A stretch of DNA of 64,000 nt from positions 95,728,001 to 95,792,000 of the forward strand of contig NW_026262690.1 of the NCBI RefSeq assembly GCF_021869535.1, in the 5' to 3' direction. This stretch comes from Mytilus californianus. Lineage: Eukaryota. The notes beneath the pieces were generated by a model. The model saw only the letters and a list, made by a program, of their open reading frames with translations. It searched no databases and was not told the DNA's origin. Made by a program: the position numbers and the translations under genes. Shown one piece after another: positions 47,602 to 59,894 of this stretch. Every line of letters starts with the position of its first letter. Within the stretch, counting starts at the first letter, position 1.

Positions 47602-50600
47602 ATGAGCAGAGATAAAGTTGCAAAATCTAATGCATTGCATGAAAGCGAACAGCCTCTAGATCTATCAAAACGGCACAATGATAAGAACATTATTAAGCAA
47701 TCGCTCAAAAGTTTAATTCAGACACGTCGACTTGCAGAAGGCAAGGGGCTGTTGAACGTTACATTCACCAACCAAGAGGCCGCAGCTCATGAGGTACAGT
47801 TTCGGAACGGAACTGATATTGTCGGCCGGAGTTTGAATAACTGGAAAACAAAGCTACTGAAATAGCACATTTTCTGGTTTTTCCGCGATGTTATAATGTG
47901 ATGTAAAAGTCCAATAATAAATCGGCTAATTCCATATGAGGCAAACATATTTGTTATCTCAGTTGATTTTATTAGGTCCATCAGACAAATATGGCCGTGT
48001 TTACACCCCTAAATTTGATACAGACAAGCCTGTGCAACTGTAAAAAGTTAAATGCATTGTGTATTTTAGAAAAATTAAAATTTGTTTTGTTTTAAAAAGT
48101 TACAGACAAGTTGTTTTCAATTTACGAACATTCTTGGTGTTTTTGTAAATTGTGCTGTGATCGTTTATTGTGTAGTATTTAATCACCATTTATGTTTAAG
48201 ATTTTCCCTAAAAAATAGATACAAATTTTTAATTACTGAATATTTGTGTTCTATTCACGGTATTGTTATTATATAGGAGAGAAGTGTCTTAATGACGACA
48301 GGTGGCTCCATCTTGGGCTGTAGGTAACTTATTAAAGTTACCCACAGCTGTATAAGCATAGTGAGTTTGGTAGGAACTACTTTTGATAGATCTATGATAT
48401 GCTGTATGAAGTTGCAGTATTATCAGTACATATCATAATAATCAGGTTGATGACTATTTTTAGGTCTTGCCCCCAAGGTCCAGTGACTGAATTAATAAGC
48501 AATTTTCAATGTTAAGTTTTCTGCTTTAGTTAGTTTGATAGGAACTACTTACAATTGACAATTATATTTTCTATAAAGTCACATTACTGTCCGTACATCT
48601 CAGTTTGTTGATCATTTCTAGGCCCTGTCCACAAGTTTGTGGTCCAGCGACTTTGAATTAATTAGTAATGTTAATGTCCATCGGATTGTCTTTTTCTGAA
48701 TTTTATACAGGCGAGACATAACTCTTTGTCAACAGTTTATTTATAGCCTATATTAAGCTTATACAGCCAGAAGAGCTATATTAGCTCAAATTGCAGATAT
48801 ACATAACCTGTTTAAAGATGCTTAAACAAAAATGTCTAGACTTTCTCTGTTGAACCAAAAATGTCCATTTAGTGTGTAAGGATAGGCATGAAAATTTATG
48901 GTAGGTATGGAGACGGGAAACAGAAGTATATCTATACATTGCATCACTCATACCTACCAACCTTTTAGAACTACAGAGTGGGGGATGTCCCTCTCTCCAG
49001 CTCCACTAAGGGGGAGATTATAGGTTATTACTTTTTTTCATTCAAAATTTTGTATTAACATTCATGATAAGTTAATATAACAGCACAAACATAGATTTTG
49101 ATAGACATATTTAAACTTGTATGCAAAAGTTGTCAGCCATTACTAAAAATCACCCAAGTTCCAACAAAATATTACATCACAATTTAAAAAGATGGAAGTC
49201 ATAATTAAAAAGTGATTATTGCATGCCGTCAGAAGGTTATTCGAAGACGTATATAAGGTCATTCAAAGCCAGATTCAGCTAAATTAATAGACAAAAGTTT
49301 GAGTACGTCTGTTATAAATCTACCTATACATGAATTTAATTATAGAAAAACAACTTGAAGTTTGATGTCTTTTTACTTTGCAAATAAGTATGAAAAATTA
49401 AAACAGCTGAGAATACAAATTGCGAAAAGGTTAGAGGAAAGCCATGTCATGGTTTGGAATTTGTTTAAAAACTTATGTCATAATGTCGTAGAAAAAACAC
49501 TTTATAAGCATTTTCATGAAAATTTACAGATTTTGATAGATTCATGAATGTCTTTGAATATAGAGTGAATGTAAGAACGATCAAATGCATACCTGTCAAC
49601 TGACCCTGAGTTTGCGGGTCACACCTGGGAATTTAAAAAAAAAAGAGAGCTCACTTTAGATTTTGCTATAGCTGCCTGGGTGATCAAGTAACCCGTAATT
49701 TGGGCATTTAATCTGTTTTCGCCCTTATATATTCTTGTGCCTTGAGACTTTTTAAGTTTGAAATGCTGGATTTCATAAGTGATTTTCCTTTGAAATATCA
49801 GCAAATTCGTATTTCTTTCTGGATCAGTAAAACTAGCTGTGTTAACTGTCAAATTAAGTGACCCATTAAGTGCATGGTTTCACTTGACAGCTTTGGTGTC
49901 AAACACACTGTTAATTAACACCAATAACCTTAGCCTAAGATCAAAAATAATTTGTGTATTTCAAAGATGTTTGACAAAAAATTCGAGTTACTACTCCTTT
50001 TTTGCCACTTTTCACAGTATACTCCTTAAATTCGTGTTTCTTAGTAAAAAGATTAAATCTAAGGCAAATTGAATGCCAAGATATATAAGAAGAATACTTA
50101 AAGGGGGATTAGCTGTCAAATTCATGTTCACCAATTTGACTCAAATTTTCATATTTGATTTTATAACATACTAAAACGTATGTATCCAAATTACAAAAAG
50201 TCTAAAATAAACTATTAACAATGCATGATATGTATCAACATTTCGTGTGTATTTTTGTTTAGACCCCATCTAATTTACCATCGAGATCACCTCCGAAGAA
50301 TGCAGACGGTCATATAACCTGATATAAACATAAATAGTAACCACGTGCAATTGTATTTTTCTTAGTCTGTTTGATATCATATTGTAGGTTAGAAAGTATG
50401 CTTATCATCATTTTAACATTTTTTTGTGGATGAATCAGTCAACCAAATGGTTCATCCTTGTTTCAATTTCAATGTTGACAGTCTTTTCCTTTTCAAAGTT
50501 GAATACAGGATCATACATGCGTAACCCATGTCCAGTGAAGGGGTTAAATTGAAGGTCACATGAATACAGATTCAATGAGGTCGAATTATTCACTTGCAAG

Positions 50601-53600
50601 TTAATAATTCATCAGCGATATTTCATAGATTATTTTGACAAAATTGAACCAAATTGGCTCCTAAAAGTGAATTATTATTTTATTATTTCACTATTCACTT
50701 TCATTAATGATTGAAAAAAAAAAAATATCATACTTATTTTTTTATATCTCATAGCTAATGCCCCTTTGAATGATTTTTACTTTCTTCGGACAACTAAAAA
50801 ATTTATATTTTGAAAATTATTTTTTTCATCTCTACTTCCTTTAAATACATTGTAAATTATATCATCTCATATGAACCAAAATTAATGAAAGTTGAAGTAA
50901 AGCTGTAAGGGTTGCAAAGCACATGTTTTTGAAACTGTTCGATATAGATTATAAAAAATGTCCCCTAAATACTTTAATTTGTATAGTAATTTGTAATAGT
51001 TTGTACCCGTTATGATCTGAGATTTTCTTCTTCAGTGCAGGTCACATGACCTGCATTTTCATCTTCAGAGGTTGACAGGTATGCAAAATGATTATTACAG
51101 TGTTTTTCTATTTAAATATATCGATATATACCCAACATTTCCTTTTATCCGTATTAACTTAAGTTACCTCTTATCATGTATGATTTCAGCTTACAAAAGA
51201 GGAGCAACAAAGACAGTGTGAGAGAAAGGAACAAAATAGAAGAGCTGCTCATAAATGTAGACAAAAGAAAAAACATAAGCTAGAATATTTGACAGTGGTA
51301 AGTTTATAAAAATAAGGAGATGTGGTATGATTGCCAGTGAGACAACTATCCACCAAAGTTCAAATAAAGCGGATGAAAGCAATTATGGGCAATTGTACGG
51401 CCTTCAACAATAAGAAAAACCCATACTGTATAGTCTGCTATAAAAGGCCCCGACATCAATTCAGAAAACTAACGGCCTAATTTCTAACAAAACAATTTTT
51501 GAAAAACAAATATGACAGAAATTTCACCTAATATGTGAAAATGTCTCGAATTCGAAACCGGCCATCATACATAGCCTAGTTTATGTTATGGGGGAATAGA
51601 AAAAAATGTAACTATAACTGCTTACCTGAAATCGTTATTTCCCAAATTGATCCAATTAAACTGCTTTACAAGTCATTACATGTATCAGTCAGTACAAGCA
51701 AAGAAGTATTTTATGATGTCTTAATATGTAAATCTAGAGCTCATGGATTTGATATAAACAAAAGTGTATTTCAAATTCATGAATGACTCTCACATTTTAA
51801 GCATTTTCAAGAAAAGGCACATATTTCATTTGGTTTTTAAATGGTTTTAGGACAGGCAAATATAGAATTCATGTGAGAACAACTTAATGATTCCTCACAG
51901 TGTTTGTCTATATGAACAACACCTGTCATATGAATATTTACTTGGTTCTTGCATACACTGGATATTACCTACTCAACAAAAATGTCAAAACTATGCACTT
52001 CATAACATTTGAAAGACTTACTTATAAAAAAGAAGATGTGGTATGATTGCCAATGAGACAACTCTCCACAAGTGACCAAATGACACAGAAATTAACAACT
52101 TTAGGTCACTGTACGGCCTTCAACAATGAGCAAAGCCCATACCGCACAGTCAGCTATAAAAGGCCTCGAAATGACAATGTAAAACAATTCAAACGAGAAA
52201 ACTAACAACCTAATTTATGTACAAAAAATGAACGAAAAACAAATATGTAACACATAAACAAACGACAACCACTGAATTACAGGCTCCTGACTTGGGACAG
52301 GCACATACATACAGAATGTGGCGGGGTTAAACATGTTAGCGGGATCCCAACCCTCCCCCTAACCTGGGACAGTGGTGTAACGAACTATAAAAATCAGTTG
52401 AAAGAGGCTTAACTCATCAGATGGATAAAAATACAAATACTACAAATACAAGTGGACGTGGCCGGGTACTTGTACATCCAAACAACAAAAAGACACTAAG
52501 TACATTTCTGAGAGTACTCACAGTTACTGACAGCTAGTTCAAAGCCACTAACAACTAATAAAAAAAATCATGCATCTAAGACTAAATTATCAATCCGTAC
52601 ACATCCAACATCCAATGGATTTAGTGTAAAGACGTCATAAACAGTCAGAGAAAAACATGACCTTATGCAATGCCAAGATACAGGTATCGACAGATTGTAG
52701 ATCCATGAATGTGTATATATATATAACAATAATATTTAGTTTGCTTTTAATTTACAGATAACAAAATCAATAGTAGTACCAATAAAAACAATATTTAATG
52801 ATCTAATTACAGTGTTGAATTGGTAACCTTTTAGAATAAGTTTATTTAAAGGATCGATAAGTTTACCAGGATCGTTTCTAAATTTCCGGGCACGGTAAAC
52901 AATATTGCCGTAAAAATGAGGAAACTTAAAAGAGGGTGGTAAAGGGGGGGGTCTCAACACGGAAACACGTGAAATAAAAATCTCAAAAACATTGCACGGA
53001 AAATAAAAATCGGGAAAAACGAAGCACGAGAAATAAAATCGTAAATATTAAGAAAAAAGGTACTAGAAGTTATTACTCAGCCGTTCTTAGAGATCATGCA
53101 GTCATTATTAATGGACATGAAGACCCTGCGGTCACCTTTTAGCGACTGCTAGTTGAATTTGATTTGAAAACATATTATTCATAGTAATTTGATGGACTTT
53201 ATTACATACCGTACATATACAATAGAATTGCAAAAGTAGAATGGTAACAGTATACATCAAGTTCTATTAGATTACACAAGTTTTACTTTTTAGTCAAATG
53301 CGGTACAAGCACGAGAAATTAAGAGTTCCGACACGAAACACGGAAAATAAATAAGGGGAAACACGAGAAAACGAGAAATAAAACGTCAAAACACGTAAAA
53401 TAAAAAGGCCGAAAACGTTGCACGAAAATAACCCTTTACCACCCTCTTAAAAATTAGTTGCTTATATCCACATTCTTTGGCGATCTTTTTATTTTACTGT
53501 TAAGACATTGCATTTTTAATACTGTTGAATTACTTTTAAAACACAAATTTCACATTACTTTGTAATACTTCAATTTATTGGCCAAATGAGGCTCTTAACA

Positions 53601-54402
53601 AATCATCTCTTGTTTTAGTCATCAAGATCCCAAATATGATAAGATATAATTAGTCATCAAGATCCCAAATATGATAAAATATAATCTTTGCTCTTTGTAT
53701 TAAAAATGTTCTTTTATTATATATGCTTATATATTGAAGAGTTTCCTAACAGAAGGTTTTACTGTCATGACTCTTGAAATTGTGAAATTTTAGGGATCTT
53801 ATTTGTCTTAACCTTTTATCAACTTTTTACAGGAAAAAGATAAGTTAAAAAAGAGGAAGAAGTGGTTAGAACAGACTTTAATTTCACTAGAAAAAGAGAA
53901 AGACACATTACTTCAAACACTAAGGGAAGATGGAAACAAAGAAATGACTGTGATAAAAAGTGAACCCAATACTGATACCAACAGTAGTAGTTCATCAATG
54001 ATGGAGAAATCATGCATTTTACAAAACAATAAATCTCATATTTGCTGTTCGTGTGATAGCCAGTCTCATAATCCAAAGAATTGTAATCAAAATTCATCAT
54101 GTCAGTTTAAAGCCAAAGAGAGGCTGTCATGTGACAATAAAACACCCAATCAAACTTCTTTAGAGAATGACGATAGAATTGCCTTTTTCAATTATTACAT
54201 GAAAATGAAAGGCAATGATGATGATTGCTCAAATGATAAGGATTCTTTGTTGGACAGTAGTCAGTCTAATAAATATTATTCTAGTATTGATGAATATGAT
54301 GATTATAGCGATTCCGACAGTAGCACTAGCGAGGGCTATTTAGTGATTTATGAAAGTGAGACTGACTCTAGTGATTTGTTTAGCAACAGTCAGTCGTCAT
54401 AG
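47602..54402 (+). CDS. bZIP transcription factor, ATF3/JDP2/Fos family, divergent (289 aa, 3 coding exons)
   Basis: Exons 47602-47793, 51190-51297 (108 nt, phase 0/0, like the FOS/ATF3 basic-region exon), 53833-54402. Basic region ERKEQNRRAAHKCRQKKK (NxxAAxxCR); five heptad leucines L-TVEKDK-L-KKRKKW-L-EQTLIS-L-EKEKDT-L; ATF3-like KQSLKSLIQTRRLAEGK; PLDLS at 47653-47667; Ser/Asp-rich tail. Confidence 0.85.
49588..51083. mobile_element. TIR DNA element (superfamily unassigned) in bZIP intron 1, containing a nested Kolobok-like MITE
   Basis: Perfect 13-bp TIR CATACCTGTCAAC / GTTGACAGGTATG; near-direct flanks CAAATG / CAAAATG. Confidence 0.7.
50102..50765. mobile_element. Kolobok-like non-autonomous element (uninterrupted copy)
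   Basis: TTAA|AGGGGGATTAGCT ... TAGCTAATGCCCCT|TTGA; homologous to 13906-13995 plus 16366-16911. Confidence 0.82.
52280..52366 (-). ncRNA. Twister ribozyme, permuted type P5 (T1), core apparently intact
   Basis: CAGGUU-A-GGGG-GAGGG-[UUGGGAUCCCGCUAACAUGUU]-U^AA-CCCC-GC-C-ACAU..AUGU-G-CCUG-UCCCAAGU-CAGG-AGCCUG; predicted cleavage between 52329 and 52328. Confidence 0.78.
52580..52646 (-). promoter_or_regulatory. SECIS-like element in the retroelement 3' UTR
   Basis: AUGA(52638-52635)-N12-AA-N25-GA(52595-52594), ~100 nt after the ORF stop; homologous hairpin at 60298-60352. Confidence 0.5.
52932..53446. mobile_element. MITE with GAG..CTC termini (Sola-like, uncertain) at the 5' edge of the family B fragment
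   Basis: Perfect 15-bp TIR GAGGGTGGTAAAGGG / CCCTTTACCACCCTC; TTAAAA on both flanks; subterminal AACACG(A/G)(G/A)AA(A)TAAAA repeats. Confidence 0.75.
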
Positions 54403-57400
54403 CAGATTTGTGTTGCTAGATAATTAAAAAGTGCTTTAAATCAAACTATTACTCACCAGTCAAGTCGCTCAATCCAAAAAGCTAAAAACAGAATTTATTA
54501 TTTCGATATTGTTATTGTGTGAAGATTAGTGAGGCCGCAAAAAGAAATCATAGCTTAAAATATCTTGAGTGTTGTCACAGCTTAAAAAGTCATGAAGAGG
54601 TATAACATGATAAGAAGTCGTGAAGATTAATCACAACCTTAGAAGGAGACATTTCATGTTCTTCAAATTAAAGGGAACTTGTTTTAAACCAGTATTTTTT
54701 TACTACAGGGCATATAAATAGAGTTTTATATATTATTTGCATAAGGAATGTGATTCCATTTTTTTTAATAAATGTTAGATTCTTTTTTATTTATGATAAA
54801 ATTCAGTGGCTTGCATTTAAACTGTTAGTTGGTTATAAAATGTATGAGTATTTTATGCACTTCTCTCAAAGTATTTGATGAAAATCATGGTGTGAATATT
54901 TAAGCAGTCTGGACAAATATTCAAAAAAAGAAAATCCTTTTAGATCTTCTCTTTGATAGTGGAAATCTAAACATTTCCCTTTAATTGTAAAAAAATAAGA
55001 AAAAATTGGGACACTACATTTCACCATGTTTTCAAGTAGAAAACTCCAGCTATCATGTCTATCAGCTAAGTAATTCTTGTGCCCTGTAAACTGTACAGAT
55101 TTGTGTTGAATATAAGGAAAATCGATAGAAATAAGAAGACATTACAATCATATCGAATTTTAAATGTTAATTTTTATTAGTGCCACTTTGAACTCAGAGG
55201 TGTTTGCCATAAAATCATGCAGCTTTAACAGTAATCTTTTTGCAATGCATAAAGAAATAAGGCAGCTTCATTTTGGAAAGCAACAGCCAAGTAGATTTGA
55301 TAATTCAGGGGTCATTACTTTTTTTTATTTTATTTTTTTTATTCATAAACTTTGTTAAGTGTATTTATGATAACTGTTTTGCATTGTTAAAAAGATCTTC
55401 TCCTTTATGGAAGTATTTAATCAAATTCTTTTGAGCCTGTAAACATTGACATTGAGACTGAAAAAATGGAACATCATTGGTATGCTATCTTTTTACCAAC
55501 ATCTGACAATGACATATAGTTTCAGGCAAAATTCCAAATGAATATAAAAACATTGAAATTAAATGTAATATTTGACATGATACAATGGAGAAATTATGAT
55601 ATGCACATGTGATGGAGCATCCTTGCCTTACACCCTGTCAAGAGAAAACAAGTTGAAGTCTTGTATAAAGACGAAGATTTCTGATTTGCTTCTAACTGCA
55701 AATACTTTGAGATCATTATACTTGTACACAAAGAATAAATTATCAAATAAGTTTTTTTTATATTTTTTAAATGATTTTTTTGTCTTTATTGCTCAGGAAT
55801 CCTGTAAATTACTAGCAAAGAAGTGTCCAGTGTACATGTGTTTAAATGAACTTAACATTTAAATGATACTGTTCATAGAATTGACGTTATATATTTTATG
55901 GATTGAGTACTTAGTATCCTGCTTTCTAATGATTAATTGTTAACTTTACTTTATTAAGATAACTGAAATCTTAAATATTATTATTACATATGTATATAGG
56001 TTAGGTGTACATGTAAAATTACAGACCAACTTGAACTTATATAATATTGGTAATCTGTTGGACCTTATTAGAGAGGTTTTTCATCCAGTTTCAAAATATA
56101 GATGAACTTTATTCAAGGTAAAGGGTGTTTCAAAAGTCACAAAATGTAGTCAAGACAGTTTTGACATCTGTATTACAACATCCTGATTATAAAATGGTCT
56201 CTTGTGGTTGATTGATTGTAGTTTGCTTTACTCTGCATCAGTGCAAAAAGGCTGTAATGCAGCAAGGTCTCCTTTGCTAAAAATACTTTGGGTAAGTAAT
56301 ATTGTGTTAATGATATGTGAGGTGGCCTTTTAAATATTTTTTTTTATTGTACATGAACCAAGCGCTAAAATAAATTTTGTTATACAGTGTACCTTTTAAA
56401 CTGCAAAAAAAAGGTTTTGTTATTGAAGAAGAAATATATTGATTAAAATGCATGATGTTTTACTTTTATGTGATAACTGTTTTATAGGGCACTATTATTA
56501 TGCTTTTTCAGGTAACAGATTGTTCAGAGGGTTGATGTCATAATTTTTTATTTTGTCTTATGACTAATCTCAAAAAGACGAATATTATTTTTCAAGCATC
56601 ATCAGCATTGATGAACCCTTCTGATAAGGAAAGTGATAGTTCAGCCTTAATTTTAACCAGCTCAAGAATAAGTATTGATATGTTATATATTTTATGAGTT
56701 ACACAGGCAGCTTGTTATCTATGCTTTATCATTCAAATGTTTTACAGCATTGATTCATCTAATAGTCACATGATGAAGGGGACATTTTATTTTGAGGATA
56801 TGTAAATAGCCGTAACAATATAGAATCGAGGAATTCATAAATGTTGTCATCAAAATTTAATATAAACATTATTTGACCTATGTGAGTTCTGATCTAAAAT
56901 GTAAATAAAGTTTTCTTAAGATAGAATGTACCTCATTTACTTAGCTATTTAAAGCACTTTTGATCAGGTTAAATTTATTAAGTAATGTTTGCCATGTCTT
57001 TTTTAGTTGGTCTCAACAAAGTTGAGGAAAAACTATTGCAGAATCCTTTGCATTCATACGTGCGTTCATTCAAGTATCTACATCTTCATCAACATTTATG
57101 TCTTGAGAACTGCTTGGATTACAACCAACATTATTTTTATTAAGGTGCATTTAAGTTTGTCTTACTATATGATTGAAGGAGAAGGTCATATGACCAATAT
57201 TTTTATATAATAGTTCATAGACATTGGTAAAGTTTTACGTCTATGTGTTTCGCTTTACTTAGAAGGATCCATTATATTAGTGTAAACATCTTTTAGTGTA
57301 AATTAGCGTTCAGACAAAAGTGAGTCACTATGACATATTTTCCACTTAAGTTCTTTCTCAGTCAATATACATAGAAGGATCAACTAGTGTATTTTTGGCT

Positions 57401-57499
57401 GAATTTTGTCTGGATTTCCAACATTTTGGTTTGCAGACAAAATCTTTTGAGCCTGCCCATAAAGAATAGCTTTACCAAATTTGGTTGGATAATGCCCAT

Positions 57500-58145
57500 G
57501 AGACTAGGTCAAGGTCACAGCAGCTTTTAATAGACAAATTTTGACCAAATTTTGGTTACTGTATGTTATGTTTTGAACCATATATCTAACTTTTACCAAA
57601 CTGAATTTGATAATGCCCCTTAAATGAAAGGAAACCCCAATTTATAGATTTTGAAGTTGCTAGGTCAAAGGGCAAGATCACTATAGCAATTGATAGACAG
57701 AAATCAGGGCCAAAATTTGGTTTTTGTATGATATCTTTTGAACCATATGTCCAACCTTCACCTAGCTCTGCTGGAAAACCCTTGAACAAGCAAGACCCCA
57801 TTTGATTTTTGGTCAGTAAATCAAAGGTTAAGGTCACAGTACTTTCTAACAAATAGACTGAACAATACCTGTTGAGCCTTAACTCAAATATTTTATCTTT
57901 CTGCAGTGGATCATGCACCTTAGGTGAAAAACACCCCTAAGCTTGTCAGGTATATAGGTCAAAGGGCAAAGATACAGCAGCAATCAATATACAGAAATTT
58001 AGGCAATTTTTTTATTGCTATTTATCATTTGACATAAATTATCAGCACTTCATATGTTTTTCATTGTATTGACACAAAAATCTGTTTTATCTACTGTAAT
58101 ACAAATAAAGATCGCAACTATGCTTATGCACCCATGGTGCTTCTG
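57500..58145 (+). repeat. Diverged ~150-bp tandem array of a HINE-type remnant
   Basis: GGTCAAAGG(G/T)CAAG(G/A)TCAC motif at ~57505, 57661, 57825, 57955. Confidence 0.55.
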
Positions 58146-58405
58146 TAATTTTTTGCTTTTCTAACATTGAATCATTTAATCAAATTGTGCAGAAGGAGAC
58201 GCACTTTGTAATCATAAATTATTCATGTTTATATAATGGCTTTGTATGCATGAATTGCAGTTACATGAATATAAAGTGTACAATAAAGAATATTATATAA
58301 ATATCTTTGATTTTTTTCCCAAGTTATAAGGTATAAGTTGAAAATCTCAAGTTCTGGAGAAAAAACTCAAAGGAAGTTATTCCATGACCTTTTGAAACGT
58401 TTAAA

Positions 58406-59000
58406 AACTAGATTTGTCGGAACGACATGAATGCCCCCGTCACAAAAAATTGATAAATCTGCAATTTCAACAACACATGTGGACACAAACATGCATCGAT
58501 AGTATCCAGCTCTCAAGACCAATACTAGTATGATGAAAAATTTCCTTGATCAATGAATTAAATTTCAAAATATCAGCAAACAGGAAGTGGATGAACTACA
58601 GATCTAACAAGATGTGTTGAAACAACATGAAAATCATCATAGTGGAACGAAACAAACCTAAACTTGATCTGTAACTCATCATAGTTAACTCACATAACAA
58701 AAATCAGCCCAATATCTGAAGGCGTTTAGCAAAAAAGTCCATATAACTCTGATTTTCAACAATTTATTAAAGTCAAAAGCCCATAATTTCGGCAAAAATT
58801 AGCAGAGTGGAAAGAAAATTAAACTTGATCTGTAACTCATCATGTTTAACTCACATACCAAAATTCAGCCCAACATCTGAAGGTGTTAAGAAAAAAATTG
58901 TGTATACCGGTAATGGTTTGTTGCGGAATGACAGATTGACGGAATGACGGACAAGGGTAACACTATATGGCCCCGACAACTTTGTTGCGGGGTCATAAAA
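58406..59000 (-). mobile_element. HINE/pearl-like element with a short internal duplication
   Basis: IR ATGCCCCCG (~58431) / CGGGGTCAT (~58988); (CGGAATGA)n microsatellite; duplicated AAACTTGATCTGTAACTCATCAT unit at ~58660 and ~58820. Confidence 0.7.
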
Positions 59001-59894
59001 ACGAACATTGATTTCTCGTTACTTTGTTTGAATTTTAATGCTGATTAGATTTGTTTTACAGTAACTAAGCATGCCAGGTTAACAATATTTATTTTGTTGA
59101 TTTATTGTTAGTAACAGTATCTCCGTCTGGCATATCTTACAATACATACATGGCATTAGTCTCATTTTTAGAGTGCATTGGTTTAGTAGTTTTCAGAATT
59201 ATACATGTATCTATTTTCAGTATGTATGCTTGACAGGTCAACTCATTTTGGTATTTGTGAATTTATTATAAGGATTTAGGTATTTGTCTGTTTGAAATAT
59301 GTCAAAAGCCTTGACCTCGTATTAAGGCTCAAGTGCACGTGGTCGGACTAAGTTTTTCAGGTGTTTCTAGGTAACAATACATAGCATCCACAATATTTTG
59401 GTTTTTTTTGGTCTATTATAATAAGTATGTATTTCACTGATATAGGTCATTGACCTCATTGACCCTTCAGTTGTTGGGTTCAGTTTTGGAATAAGGATTG
59501 TATTTCAGCAAATATGCAGAATAGACTAACAATATTTTGCATTTGAGTTCATTTATATAAAAAGTACATGCTTATTTGACAGTTTTCATTTGACCTCTGC
59601 CACTGTTTTAAAGTTTGCTGACCTTTAAAATACTTTGTACTCATTTATAAATTGATCAGATGAAAATCATGGCCACCTGTGGCAAGCTTTGACTGATTTG
59701 TCAATTGCCATAAATCATCTACTGGCCAATCGGTCAATTTAAGATGGATGAGAAATGCCATAGACAGTAGTAGCTTACACTGTCACTTTGAGCTTGGTAT
59801 GTTAAAACTAGAGACTCAAGAAGGCTACATCATTCAAATAGCATCTTTTGGAATAACTGATTCTATCTGAAGTGCAAATTATGTAAAACTATAT

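Larger units (their letters stand above)
52022..52925 (-). mobile_element. 3' end of PLE-like family B: ORF C-terminus, SECIS-like hairpin, twister ribozyme and terminal repeat
   Basis: Minus-strand FPHFYGNIVYRARKFRNDPGKLIDPLNKLILKGYQFNTVIRSLNIVF..KLKAN* (stop 52738-52736) is contiguous with the high-copy repeat. FYG motif resembles the family A RT terminus; PLE assignment is inferred. Confidence 0.7.

Noticed and set aside
52395-52425. Hammerhead core CUGAUGAG on the minus strand
   Set aside because: No stem II followed by GAAA and no NUH cleavage triplet in register.
30869-53670. Small isolated tandem duplications (19 bp at ~30870, 27 bp at ~45335, 35 bp at ~53607)
   Set aside because: Ordinary slippage duplications with no further structure.
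53944-54402. Stand-alone 152-aa ORF from ATG 53944
   Set aside because: It is the distal part of the bZIP terminal exon, which starts at the acceptor at 53833.
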